Shown: positions 29,395-39,202 of the stretch, one piece after another
Numbering within the stretch: the first letter of the stretch is position 1
Layout: every line of letters starts with the position of its first letter
DNA from: Alistipes sp.
GTDB taxonomy: Bacteria; Bacteroidota; Bacteroidia; Bacteroidales; Rikenellaceae
Length of the DNA: 64,000 nt
Reading direction: 5' to 3'
Assembly: GCA_045602255.1 (NCBI GenBank)
Contig: JAZSBD010000011.1
Coordinates: 94-64,093, forward strand
Program-made: the position numbers and the translations under genes
The notes under the pieces: model-generated
Databases searched by the model: none
What the model was told of the DNA's origin: nothing
Seen by the model: the letters and a program-made list of their open reading frames with translations, nothing else

Positions 29395-31491
29395 ATGTTT
29401 AAAGGACATCCCAAAGGACTCTATGCCTTAGCCCTTGCTAACACCGGTGAGCGCTTCGGTTACTACACGATGTTGGCAGTCTTCGCCCTCTTCCTCCGTG
29501 AGAACTTCGGTTGGGAGGCTGGTACTGCTGGTCTTATCTACTCTACCTTCCTTGGCTTGGTTTACTTCATGCCATTGGTAGGTGGTATCATGGCCGATAA
29601 GTTTGGCTTCGGTAAGATGGTTACCATCGGTATCTCAGTCATGTTTGCCGGCTACTTGTTGCTCTCAGTGCCCCTTGGTGGTGAGACTCTCGCTGTCATC
29701 GCTATGATGGCTGCATTGGTGCTTATCAGCGTTGGTACAGGTCTATTCAAGGGTAACCTCCAGGTAATGGTTGGTAATCTCTACGACGATCCTAAGTATG
29801 CCGACAAGCGCGACTCAGGCTTCTCGCTCTTCTACATGGCTATCAACGTAGGTTCATTGTTCGCACCTACAACAGCTATCGGCATGAAGAACTACGCTAT
29901 GAACGAGCTCGGTTACTCATCTAATGATGCTTACCATTTCGCATTCATGGTTGCTTGTGCTGCGTTAATCCTCTCTATCGGTATCTACTTCGCATTCCGC
30001 TCTACATTCCGCCATGTTGAGGGTGGTAAGAAGGGTGGTGCTGCAGCCGCTAAGGTTGAGGATAACCTCACTCCAGCAGAGACTAAACAGCGTATCATCG
30101 CATTGTGCCTTGTATTTGCTGTTGTTATCTTCTTCTGGATGGCATTCCACCAGAACGGTTTGACACTCACATACTTCGCTGATGAGTATACCGCTACTGA
30201 GGCATTCGGCTTCACTACATTGTGGTTCGACGTATTCAACCTCTTCGCTATTATCATCGCCGTATACGCTACATTCTCAATCTTCCAGAGCGAGTCAGGC
30301 AAGGCTAAGCTATTCTCAGGTGTTATCGCATCTGCAGCCTTGGCATGGGTAGTATATCGCGCTATGGGTTCTGGTGATGCAGAGGTTGCTGTTGATGCTC
30401 CTATCTTCCAGCAGTTCAATCCATTCTATGTTGTAGCCCTCACTCCAGTGTCAATGGCAATCTTCGGCGCTTTGGCACGCAAGGGTAAGGAGCCATCAGC
30501 ACCACGTAAGATCGCTTACGGTATGCTTGTAGCAGCTATCGGCTTCATCATCATGGCAGTTGGCTCTAACGGTCTTAACACTCCAGAGGATCAGCAGCGT
30601 GCTATCGCAGTAGATAAGTCTAAGACATTTGCTGAGGTAGGTGCAAAGTATGACCTTAGCGTTGTTAAGGAGGGTGACAAGTTCAAGTTGTTCGAGGCAG
30701 GCAAGGAGGTTGACGATAAGGCTCTCTTGAGCATGACAACTTCTAAGGATAAGGAGCTCAAGGCTAAGGGTGACGATATCAAGAAGATTAAGGACTACAT
30801 GGGTAAGCTTACTGAGAAGACTAACCCAGTATTCATGAATGGCTTCAATGCTAATATCCTTGTTCTTGAGGCCGAGGCTACTGAGGCTGCTCGAGTTGAG
30901 GCTCAGAAGGCTTATGACGAGGCTGAGAAGGCTCGTGAGGAGGCTCAGAAGACTCTTGATGCTGCTGGCGAAACGTTTGAGATTGTAGCTGTAGAGGGCG
31001 GCGATGTTGCTACTGCACAGGCTGCATATGCTGAGGCTGAGGCAAAGGTAGATGCTGCTGAGAAGGCATCGGAGGATGCTAATAAGGCGTTGGTGGCTGC
31101 TATCACTGCTGACGATGCTGCTGATAAGGCTGTGGTTGATGGTAAGGCTAACGAGACTATCAAGGAGCTTGCAGATACAACTAAGGAGCAGACACGTACA
31201 TCACCTTACTGGTTGATCGTTACTTACCTTGTTCTAACATTTGCTGAGCTTCTCCTCTCACCAATGGGTATCTCATTCGTATCTAAGGTAGCACCTCCAA
31301 AGTACAAGGGTATGATGATGGGTGGCTGGTTCGTGGCTACCGCTATCGGTAACTTCCTTGTATCAGTGGGTGGCTTCCTCTGGGCAGGTCTTCCATTGTG
31401 GTCTGTATGGGCAGTATTCGTAGTGCTCTGCTTGCTCTCAGCACTCTTCATGTTTGTTATGATGAAGCGTTTGGAGAGCGCCACAAAGTAA
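29395..31491 (+). CDS. POT/PTR family proton-coupled oligopeptide transporter with a large insertion
   Basis: GHPKGL, ERFGYY, GTGLFKGN, FYMAIN.G, FQQFNP, ELLLSPMG.S.VSK.AP. Confidence 0.92.
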   Translation: MFKGHPKGLYALALANTGERFGYYTMLAVFALFLRENFGWEAGTAGLIYSTFLGLVYFMPLVGGIMADKFGFGKMVTIGISVMFAGYLLLSVPLGGETLAVIAMMAALVLISVGTGLFKGNLQVMVGNLYDDPKYADKRDSGFSLFYMAINVGSLFAPTTAIGMKNYAMNELGYSSNDAYHFAFMVACAALILSIGIYFAFRSTFRHVEGGKKGGAAAAKVEDNLTPAETKQRIIALCLVFAVVIFFWMAFHQNGLTLTYFADEYTATEAFGFTTLWFDVFNLFAIIIAVYATFSIFQSESGKAKLFSGVIASAALAWVVYRAMGSGDAEVAVDAPIFQQFNPFYVVALTPVSMAIFGALARKGKEPSAPRKIAYGMLVAAIGFIIMAVGSNGLNTPEDQQRAIAVDKSKTFAEVGAKYDLSVVKEGDKFKLFEAGKEVDDKALLSMTTSKDKELKAKGDDIKKIKDYMGKLTEKTNPVFMNGFNANILVLEAEATEAARVEAQKAYDEAEKAREEAQKTLDAAGETFEIVAVEGGDVATAQAAYAEAEAKVDAAEKASEDANKALVAAITADDAADKAVVDGKANETIKELADTTKEQTRTSPYWLIVTYLVLTFAELLLSPMGISFVSKVAPPKYKGMMMGGWFVATAIGNFLVSVGGFLWAGLPLWSVWAVFVVLCLLSALFMFVMMKRLESATK

Positions 31492-31619
31492 ATTTGTTGT
31501 GATAAGGGGCCATTCTCGGCCCATCCCAAAAGTAAGAGTCCTCGGGCTGTACATTGAGTACTATCCCGAGGTCTCTTCTTTTGCGATAGACCAAGCCTAA
31601 CCCATTCTGACAACAAATT
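31491..31619. repeat. ~127-nt imperfect palindromic element, copy 1
   Basis: AATTTGTTGT...ACAACAAATT ends with nested stems; starts within the POT stop codon. Confidence 0.8.
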
Positions 31620-31746
31620 AATTTGCCGTGATAGCGGCGCATTAGCGACGCTTCAATCAAATCCCCGAATAGGAAATACGCATAGTATGTCCCATCCGGG
31701 GATTTATCATGTCAGCGCCACTACTGCACCACTCTGACAACAAATT
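31620..31746. repeat. ~127-nt imperfect palindromic element, copy 2 (followed by a truncated copy at 31747-31775)
   Basis: Same stem/loop architecture; TTTGCCGTGATAGCGGCGCATTAGCG recurs immediately afterwards. Confidence 0.8.
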
Positions 31747-31771
31747 TGTTTGCCGTGATAGCGGCGCATTA

Positions 31772-31890
31772 GCGCCCCTCCCAAGCAAGCTCCGCTTGCG
31801 CCCTCAAAGCGAAGCGCCCTCCCAAGGAGCTATGCTCCGCCCTCTCAAGCAAGCTCTGCTTGCGCCCTTAAAGCGTAGCACCCTCTCTCA
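31772..31890. repeat. Array of short hairpins separated by GCCCT(C) units
   Basis: GCAAGCTCCGCTTGC, GGAGCTATGCTCC, GCAAGCTCTGCTTGC hairpins and GCGAAGC/GCGTAGC units. Confidence 0.6.
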
Positions 31891-31995
31891 TCTATCCTCT
31901 TCGCTTTTATCCGCAAAAACCGCCCATTCGTCCACAAAAGAGACCCACTCGTCATAATTGCCCCTTTTAGCGTGCCATTATTGCCTAATTTTTCT

Positions 31996-32003
31996 TACCT
32001 TTG
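31996..32003 (+). promoter_or_regulatory. -7 promoter element for the small-peptide/adhesin operon
   Basis: TACCTTTG matches TAnnTTTG, about 60 nt upstream of the ATG at 32064. Confidence 0.55.
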
Positions 32004-32063
32004 TTATACTATGTGTGCCCATGTGCCACGTGAAAACAGAATACTTAATAAACCTAAAAGCAT

Positions 32064-32225
32064 ATGAAAGTCTTAAACTACTTCGAGGGCGAGGCAAGGA
32101 CCTCAAACTCTTACGAAGCTCCCGCAATGGAGAGCATCGAGATTAGCGTTGAGCGCGGCTTTGAGGCGAGCTACGAGACTGGTTTCGATGGACCATCTTA
32201 CGATGAGGAGGATGTGATTTGGTAA
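32064..32225 (+). CDS. 53-aa acidic peptide, absent from the ORF track (MKVLNYFEGEARTSNSYEAPAMESIEISVERGFEASYETGFDGPSYDEEDVIW)
   Basis: A-rich leader, host-like GAG codon use, YxxP-x-E-I-x-VExGF-x-xS motif typical of small Bacteroidota peptides that precede fimbrial/lipoprotein genes. Confidence 0.75.
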   Translation: MKVLNYFEGEARTSNSYEAPAMESIEISVERGFEASYETGFDGPSYDEEDVIW

Positions 32226-32259
32226 TCCAATGTTTAACCTATTAATGAGTAAAATCGAG

Positions 32260-34974
32260 ATGAAAAACTTATGGAAAATGATGGTTGCTGCACTGGTTAT
32301 CATTGGTGCAACAGCTTGTACAGAGACAGAGGAGTCTCTTGATAAGGGCAATAACAATGTCGAGGAGGCTGGCGTATCGTTCTACGCTACATTTGGCGAC
32401 GCCGACACCCGCGCCTATATCGACGATTCGGATGGCGACAATAGATGGACAACCGTCTGGGAGGAGGGTGATCTACTTGATGTAACCAACACCGCAGATT
32501 ACAGCAGCTATACATTTGTATGTACCGATGCCGCCACTGGTAAGTTTACTTGCGAGGATAGCGCAGCAGCAACTCTTATTGGCCAGACTGTGCTAATCAG
32601 TTCAGATAACGATAAGCATCCCCGTGACTCTCGTCTTGGCAAGAAGGCGCTTTCTGTGTGGACTACAGGTGTAGAGTTTACGCAGGATGCAACCATTCAG
32701 CTTTCGTCGGACACATCGTTCTTCCGTTACACCTACGAGGGTGAGGGCGATGTTACCTTGAAGTTGGAGCTTCAATCAGATTCGGGTGCTGATGTCAAAT
32801 CTTTCTCTTTCTTTGATAATGAAACCGAAGGCTTAACTTATGCTAATGAGATTACCTTCTCAGGCATCAAGGGCGAGAATTTTGTTCCTTTCTGGTGTGG
32901 TATAGTGTCACCAGAGCAGGGTGTTAATGCAACATTGTCATACGCTATCGATGGTGTGATTGTTAAGCAGACAACAATCAACAGTATCTGCAGTGGCAAG
33001 GTATACAACCTCGGTACTTTGACCGACCCAGAGCCAGCAGCAAAGATTTACCTTGTGCCTAACGATGGTTGGAAGGCTGATGGTGCATGGTTCTCGGCTC
33101 ACTTCTTCAACTCTGTGGATGGCTTTGCCGATGTAAAGATGACCGACGATAATGGCGATGGTATCTACGAGTGCTCAGTGCCCGCAGATATGGAGATGGT
33201 GCTCTTCTGCCGTATGAACCCTGCATATACAGAGTTTGCTTGGAACGAGGAGGGCGCAACAGATGAGAATCTCCACGTATGGGATCAGACTGCCGATGAG
33301 ACCATCGGCGTAGAGCCCGACAACTACTACTATATCCTCGACTGGGCAACGGGCATCTGGGGCAATAAGGATGGCTACGAGCTACCTGTACGCACCCTTG
33401 GCATCATTGGCCTTGGTGGCAACTGGGATGTAGATACTGATATGACCTTGGAGGGTGACTACTACACTTTGAAGAGTGTAGCTGTTACTGCTACCGATAG
33501 CTTCAAGGTGCGTGCTAACGATGCATGGACTGAGAACTATGGTATTGCAAGCAGCGCTACTGTTGATGCCGTAGCTATCGAGAAGGATACCATGTACTCG
33601 CTTGTACAGGATGGTAAGAATATGCAGCTCGCAGCAGGCACCTACGACTTCTACTTCAACGACACTACCAAGGAGTTCTACGCAATGACTCCAGGTACTA
33701 CTCCTGAGGTTGAGCCTATCGTATGGTCATTGGCTGGCTCGTTCAACAGCTGGGGCGATACGCTTATGGCTGAGACAGAGACAGCTAACCTTTACGTTGC
33801 TAAGGGCGTTGAGCTCAAGTCGGGCGACGAGATTAAGGTTAAGGACTCAAAGACTTGGGATACAAGCTACGGAGGTGGTATCAACAACCTTGAGGCCAAC
33901 AAGTGGATGAAGGCATACTTCAACGGCTCGAACGTTGTTGTGGCTAAGAGCGGTGCTTACGACGTATATTTCGAGTATGCCGAGGGTGCTGAGTATAGCA
34001 AGCTCTACCTCATCGAGGCTGAGGGCGACTACACCACTGCCACTGAGCAGACAGCAAATGGCACTCTTGTTCCTGATGGTGGCGAGGAGCCAGAGCAGCC
34101 AGAGGTAACTCCAGGCGAGGCTTCAGAGTGGGGTGTTGTTGGTACTTTCCAGGGTTGGGATGTAGCTGCGCCATTGAACATGGTAACCGACGTTGATGGC
34201 TGGGTAGTTCTTCGTGGTCTTGAGCTCTATAAGGATGATGAGATTAAGATTGTCAAGGGTACATCATGGGATGGTAACTATGGTTTGGATGCTGCTGCTG
34301 ACCTTGATGTAGATGTAGAGCACGCACTTAAGCAGGGTGGTCAGAGTAATATCGGTTGTGCAAAGAATGGTAAGTTCGATATATACTTCAATGCTAATAC
34401 TGCTAAGTTTAAGTATGTATGCGTTGAGGAGTACACAGACCTTACTGTAAACATCACAATCGATAATAAGGCAAATTGGAGTCCTTTGCGCCTCATGTTG
34501 AAGCATGGTGACACACTACTTACTGCTGCGGAGGGTGATGAAGTTACAGGTACTACATACACTATTAGCGGTGATTATATCGGTGCAACACTTACTTATC
34601 AGTTCTTCACAGATGGTAAGCAGTCTGAGGCTGCAAGCTTGACTGTTACAAAGAGTGGCGCTACAATCACATTGGAGGAGACCATCGTTAAGCTTACCGT
34701 TCAGTTGAATACTGCTAACTCTAAGCAGTGGTGGGGTACTACAATGAAGATTCACGTTTGGGGCACTGGTACATCATTTGATACCAGCTGGCCAGGTAAT
34801 GCTATGACCTATGATGGCAACTACACATGGCATGTGATCGTTCCTTCAGAGCTTGTAGGCAAGTCAATTAACTACCTTGTTCACAATGGTAATGGTTGGC
34901 AGTCTAAGGACTCTATGGTTACTATTAAGGCTGAGGGTGTTACTGTAACTGGTAGCTCAATCGGTATTAACTAA
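32260..34974 (+). CDS. Surface lipoprotein: fimbrillin-like N-terminus plus CBM26-like and SusE/F-like glucan-binding modules
   Basis: Lipobox ATAC; DTRA...WEEGD; GKVYNLG; MTDDNGDGIYE..VP...FCRMNP; three G..N/GW...M...FK....W...YG repeats; C-terminal HVW...SWPG.AM...NG.GWQ. Confidence 0.75.
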   Translation: MKNLWKMMVAALVIIGATACTETEESLDKGNNNVEEAGVSFYATFGDADTRAYIDDSDGDNRWTTVWEEGDLLDVTNTADYSSYTFVCTDAATGKFTCEDSAAATLIGQTVLISSDNDKHPRDSRLGKKALSVWTTGVEFTQDATIQLSSDTSFFRYTYEGEGDVTLKLELQSDSGADVKSFSFFDNETEGLTYANEITFSGIKGENFVPFWCGIVSPEQGVNATLSYAIDGVIVKQTTINSICSGKVYNLGTLTDPEPAAKIYLVPNDGWKADGAWFSAHFFNSVDGFADVKMTDDNGDGIYECSVPADMEMVLFCRMNPAYTEFAWNEEGATDENLHVWDQTADETIGVEPDNYYYILDWATGIWGNKDGYELPVRTLGIIGLGGNWDVDTDMTLEGDYYTLKSVAVTATDSFKVRANDAWTENYGIASSATVDAVAIEKDTMYSLVQDGKNMQLAAGTYDFYFNDTTKEFYAMTPGTTPEVEPIVWSLAGSFNSWGDTLMAETETANLYVAKGVELKSGDEIKVKDSKTWDTSYGGGINNLEANKWMKAYFNGSNVVVAKSGAYDVYFEYAEGAEYSKLYLIEAEGDYTTATEQTANGTLVPDGGEEPEQPEVTPGEASEWGVVGTFQGWDVAAPLNMVTDVDGWVVLRGLELYKDDEIKIVKGTSWDGNYGLDAAADLDVDVEHALKQGGQSNIGCAKNGKFDIYFNANTAKFKYVCVEEYTDLTVNITIDNKANWSPLRLMLKHGDTLLTAAEGDEVTGTTYTISGDYIGATLTYQFFTDGKQSEAASLTVTKSGATITLEETIVKLTVQLNTANSKQWWGTTMKIHVWGTGTSFDTSWPGNAMTYDGNYTWHVIVPSELVGKSINYLVHNGNGWQSKDSMVTIKAEGVTVTGSSIGIN

Positions 34975-34995
34975 TAGATAAACATACATATGATT

Positions 34996-35028
34996 AGAGA
35001 TGCGGCTTCATGGCCGCATCTCTTTTTT
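34996..35028 (+). terminator. Intrinsic terminator
   Basis: AGAGATGCGGC-TTCATG-GCCGCATCTCT followed by a T-tract. Confidence 0.85.
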
Positions 35029-35140
35029 AGTTGGTAGTTATGGGGTAGGGTATAACAACGATTTGATAGAGTAAGATTAATGGTAGCTTTAGGATAGTTC
35101 GCTCCACTGGGTTAGGTGTTAATGGATAAGGAGATTAGAG

Positions 35141-35241
35141 AATTTTATATAGGTCTACCGCTGTTTTTATAACACTGAGGCTGCTGAGGATAAACTCTAT
35201 CAGCAAGCTCTTTAGTTGCAATTCTTCGCGATGACGAAGTT
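35141..35241 (+). repeat. ~100-bp dispersed element, copy A
   Basis: Homologous to the reverse complement of 39819-39976. Confidence 0.7.
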
Positions 35242-35470
35242 AATTGATGGGAGTGATAGGATTAATAGGTTCGCTTTGCTTGATGGGAGCGATAATAAGC
35301 GAGAGCCATTCCATTTACGCGCAAGCAATCCTATTACTCCTATTGTTCCTATTACTCCTACGATCTATAATAACCCTCGCGCGAAGCGCACCACACCTCT
35401 CACCTTTCACTTTTAAATTGCTCCATCGGAGCAACGCTATTACTAATTACTCTCTACTCACTACTAATTA

Positions 35471-35511
35471 AAAAACTAAGGGCTCATTCAACCGAATAAG
35501 CCCTTAGTTTT
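35471..35511. terminator. Bidirectional terminator
   Basis: AAAACTAAGGGCT...AGCCCTTAGTTTT. Confidence 0.75.
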
Positions 35512-35528
35512 GTCTATCGTAGTATAGA

Positions 35529-36473
35529 CTACTGTGCTGATGCGTCAGTAACGAACTGCTTAGCTGCTGCTGCCTTAGGACCAACAGTAACCTTCTTCAT
35601 AGCCTCGATAGCCTTGTCCATCTGCTGAAGCTCGTTGTATGCGATACCTGCCCAGTAGTGGATGTCGCCACGACCCTCGTCTGTGGTCTGTGCTGCAAGA
35701 GCCTCCTGGTACATAGCGATCATCTTGTTGAAGTCGCGCTTGCCGTAGTATGCCTGCAACAATACCTTCTGTGCCATAGCTGCATCTGTAAGCTGTCCTG
35801 CCATCTCGATGATGCCATCGTAGTTCTTCTCCTGCTGCAACTTAGCCACCTCGTTGTTAGTGAAGATCTCCATCTTCTGCTGTGCCTCGACTACTGCCTC
35901 GCCATACTTCTCTGGGTTGAGGGCTGCAATCTCGCCACATACGCGCATACCATCCTGGTACATGTCGCTGCGGAAGTAGCTCTCAGCAAGGTTAAGACCC
36001 ATCTGTGTGTTGCGGTTATCAGCTGCGTAACCCTTAGAGAACACCTCGATAGCTGTTGCATAGTCGCCGCTGTTGAATGCTGTAGCACCCTTAGCCTCGT
36101 AGCACTTACCAACGAACTGACGGTTCTTGGTCATCTCTGTAGAGTTCTCGAAGAGCTCTGCGTTGTCAGCTGCCTGTGAGAAATATACGATAGCAGTATC
36201 GTAGTCCTTAGCGTTGTAGGCGCGACCACCGAGCATGTTGTAAGATGTCACGATGAACTTCTTTGCCATGGCGAATGCCTTCTCGTCGTTTGATGTAGGC
36301 TCCTCAATCTCGTAGTATCCGTCAATAACCTGGTTGAATTGCTCGATTGCAGCCTCGAGGTTGCCTGACTGGGCGTTTGCAGCACCCTGCTGAACCAACG
36401 CTACAATGTCTGTCTGAGCGTAGAGTGTTGTTGCGCTGAGCATGGCAACAATAGCTAAAAATAGTCTTTTCAT
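35529..36473 (-). CDS. Secreted TPR-repeat protein
   Basis: Signal peptide MKRLFLAIVAMLSATTLYA-Q; repeated G..AFN..DY..AI..F.KA TPR units. The upstream extension in the ORF track overlaps tadA and is rejected. Confidence 0.82.
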   Translation of the reverse strand: MKRLFLAIVAMLSATTLYAQTDIVALVQQGAANAQSGNLEAAIEQFNQVIDGYYEIEEPTSNDEKAFAMAKKFIVTSYNMLGGRAYNAKDYDTAIVYFSQAADNAELFENSTEMTKNRQFVGKCYEAKGATAFNSGDYATAIEVFSKGYAADNRNTQMGLNLAESYFRSDMYQDGMRVCGEIAALNPEKYGEAVVEAQQKMEIFTNNEVAKLQQEKNYDGIIEMAGQLTDAAMAQKVLLQAYYGKRDFNKMIAMYQEALAAQTTDEGRGDIHYWAGIAYNELQQMDKAIEAMKKVTVGPKAAAAKQFVTDASAQ

Positions 36474-36574
36474 AAATGTGTTAGTTATTTTAGTTTCTTT
36501 CAGTTTTTCGTATGTGTCAAAACCAACGACAAATTTACTAATATAATTTTTAATAGCAATAGCTTTTATACCAA

Positions 36575-37036
36575 TTATTTGCGTAGCGATGCAAAAAAAT
36601 CGCTCATCAGCGCCTCGCACTCCTCCCTTAGCACACCTGCGACCACCTCCGTGCGTGGGTGCATTATGCGCTCCGAGTATGTCGAGTATCCGCGCTTGGC
36701 ATCGGACGCTCCATATACCACGCGACCTATCTGGCTCCATGCCAACGCGCCGCCACACATCACACAAGGCTCCACTGTCACATATAACGTGCAGTCGCCT
36801 AGGTACTTGCCGCCGAGTGTCGACATCGCTGCCGTGATTGCCTGCATCTCGGCGTGCGCCGTAGCATCGCGTAGCGTCTCCACAAGGTTGTGCCCTCGAC
36901 CTATCACTCTGCCCCCTGCAACGACCACCGCGCCGATGGGTACCTCCTGCTTATCTAACGCTAAACGAGCCTCGTTTAGTGCCATGCGCATAAATTTTTC
37001 GTCGCTATTGCCCTCTATGCCTAAAAAATCTGTCAT
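36575..37036 (-). CDS. tadA: tRNA adenosine(34) deaminase-like nucleoside deaminase
   Basis: EVPIGAV, TAHAEM, TVEPCVMC.GA. Confidence 0.88.
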   Translation of the reverse strand: MTDFLGIEGNSDEKFMRMALNEARLALDKQEVPIGAVVVAGGRVIGRGHNLVETLRDATAHAEMQAITAAMSTLGGKYLGDCTLYVTVEPCVMCGGALAWSQIGRVVYGASDAKRGYSTYSERIMHPRTEVVAGVLREECEALMSDFFASLRK

Positions 37037-37128
37037 AGTAGTATTATGTTCATTGAAAAATTATTACCTTTGTCAGTTGCAAAGATATAAAAAAAGAGAG
37101 ACAAAATATAACTAAATAATATCTACTT

Positions 37129-38886
37129 ATGTATAGAACGCATAATTGCGGTGAACTCCGCATTGAGAATGTCGGTCAGAGCGTTACGCTTGCTGGCTGG
37201 GTGCAGAAGGTTCGTAACCTCGGCGCCATGACATTTATCGACCTTCGCGACCGCTATGGCATCACACAGATTGCCGTTGAGGAGCACTCACCTGAGGCTG
37301 CGCGTGCCGCTGCCCAGGAGGTAGGTCGTGAGTATGTGTTGCAGGTAACAGGTAATGTTATCGAGCGCGAGTCAAAGAACTCAAAAATAGCAACAGGAGC
37401 CATTGAGATCTCTGCTTCAGAGATTAAGATTCTCAACCGCGCTGTGACACCTCCATTCACCATCGAGGAGGAGTCGGATGGTGGTGACGACCTTCGCATG
37501 AAGTATCGCTACCTCGACCTACGTCGCCCACCATTGCAGCGCGCCATGATCTTGCGCCACCGCATGGCACAGGCAGTACGCCAGTTCCTCGACAAGGAGG
37601 GCTTCCTCGAGATCGAGACCCCATACCTCATCAAGTCAACACCCGAGGGTGCTCGCGACTTCATCGTGCCATCGCGCATGAACCCTAACCAGTTCTACGC
37701 TCTTCCACAGTCGCCACAGACATTGAAGCAGCTCCTTATGGTTGCGGGCTATGACCGCTACTTCCAGATTGTACGTTGCTTCCGCGATGAGGACCTCCGT
37801 GCCGACCGTCAGCCAGAGTTTACACAGATAGACTGCGAGATGTCGTTTGTGGAGCAGGAGGATGTACTCGAGATTTTCGAGCGCTGGGCACGCTATATGT
37901 TCAAGGAGGTTATGGACATTGAGTTTGCAGAGCCTTTCCGCCGTATGCCATGGATCGAGGCTATGGAGAAGTATGGCTCGGATAAACCAGATTTGCGCTT
38001 CGGCATGACCTTCGCCGATATCACCGACCTTGCACATGGTCACGATTTTGTGGTCTTCGACTCTGCAGAGTATGTCGTGGGCTTCGCTGCTGAGGGATGC
38101 GCTTCATACACACGTAAGCAGATTGACGAACTCACCGAGTTTGTAAAGCGCCCACAGGTAGGCGCTAAGGGTCTTGTGTGGATTCGCGTTGACGAGGCTG
38201 GCAACATCAAGTCATCTATCGACAAGTTCTTCTCGGCTGACGATTTGAAGGCTATCGTGGAGCGTACAGGTGCTAAGAATGGCGATATGATATTCATCCT
38301 TTGTGGCGAGAAGTTCAAGACCCTCACACAGCTTTGCACCCTCCGTCTCGAGGTTGCCGAGCGTCTTGGCTTGCGCGATCCTAAGAAGTTCGCTCCACTA
38401 TGGGTCGTAGATTTCCCAATGTTCGAGTGGGACGAGGAGACACAGCGCTTCTACGCTATGCACCACCCATTCACCTCGCCAAAGCCTGAGGATGCTCAGT
38501 ACTTCGATACTGGTGAGCTTGGCAAGATGCGTGCTAATGCCTACGACTTCGTATGTAACGGTACGGAGATTGGTGGTGGCTCTATCCGTATCCACGATGC
38601 GGAGCTACAGGCTAAGGTGTTCAATGCTCTCGGCTTCACCCCTGAGGCTGCTGAGGAGCAGTTCGGCTTCCTCATGAACGCCTTCAAGTATGGCGCACCT
38701 CCTCATGGTGGCTTGGCATTCGGCTTCGACCGCCTCTGCTCATTGTTTGGTGGTTCAGACTCTATCCGCGACTATATCGCCTTCCCAAAGAACAATGCTG
38801 GTCGCGATGTGATGCTCGATGGCCCATCGCCAGTAGCGCAGGCGCAGCTTGATGAGTTGTATCTATCGCTCGTTAAACCCGAGTAA
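37129..38886 (+). CDS. aspS: Aspartate-tRNA ligase
   Basis: [63 protein letters not shown]. Confidence 0.97.
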   Translation: MYRTHNCGELRIENVGQSVTLAGWVQKVRNLGAMTFIDLRDRYGITQIAVEEHSPEAARAAAQEVGREYVLQVTGNVIERESKNSKIATGAIEISASEIKILNRAVTPPFTIEEESDGGDDLRMKYRYLDLRRPPLQRAMILRHRMAQAVRQFLDKEGFLEIETPYLIKSTPEGARDFIVPSRMNPNQFYALPQSPQTLKQLLMVAGYDRYFQIVRCFRDEDLRADRQPEFTQIDCEMSFVEQEDVLEIFERWARYMFKEVMDIEFAEPFRRMPWIEAMEKYGSDKPDLRFGMTFADITDLAHGHDFVVFDSAEYVVGFAAEGCASYTRKQIDELTEFVKRPQVGAKGLVWIRVDEAGNIKSSIDKFFSADDLKAIVERTGAKNGDMIFILCGEKFKTLTQLCTLRLEVAERLGLRDPKKFAPLWVVDFPMFEWDEETQRFYAMHHPFTSPKPEDAQYFDTGELGKMRANAYDFVCNGTEIGGGSIRIHDAELQAKVFNALGFTPEAAEEQFGFLMNAFKYGAPPHGGLAFGFDRLCSLFGGSDSIRDYIAFPKNNAGRDVMLDGPSPVAQAQLDELYLSLVKPE

Positions 38887-39013
38887 TTTCGCGAGATAAG
38901 GGGTCATTCTTGGCCTCTCAATCATTGGCTCGAATGGGAAATACGTTTTAGTATGTCCCATCCGAGCCAATTTCATGTCGAGACCAAGCCTAACCCCTTC
39001 TATCGCGAAATTA
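38884..39013. repeat. ~127-nt imperfect palindromic element, copy 3
   Basis: TAATTTCGCGA...TCGCGAAATTA; overlaps the aspS TAA. Confidence 0.85.
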
Positions 39014-39202
39014 GGTCGTGGGGTTGCCGAGCGTTGTTACTGCAGTCTTCTATCGAGAAATTTATTTCTTGCGAAAAGTTTTGCCAATTCAAAAAAATGC
39101 ACTACCTTTGCTAAGTATTTGTAAGGGTTCTAATCTCGTAGAGGGGTTGGGATTCATTATTTTTTTATGCTTACGACAAAGTAATATAAAATTATAAATA
39201 GT

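Noticed and set aside
31491..31890. Possible CRISPR array or integron attC array
   Set aside because: No constant repeat with unique equal-length spacers, no cas or intI gene, no cassette ORFs between the hairpins, and no RYYYAAC/GTTRRRY ends.
36474..36767. N-terminal extensions in the ORF track (TPR protein here; also upxY, priming transferase, ugd, cupin, umuD)
   Set aside because: They overlap neighbouring genes or promoters; downstream ATGs give proper signal peptides or family N-termini.
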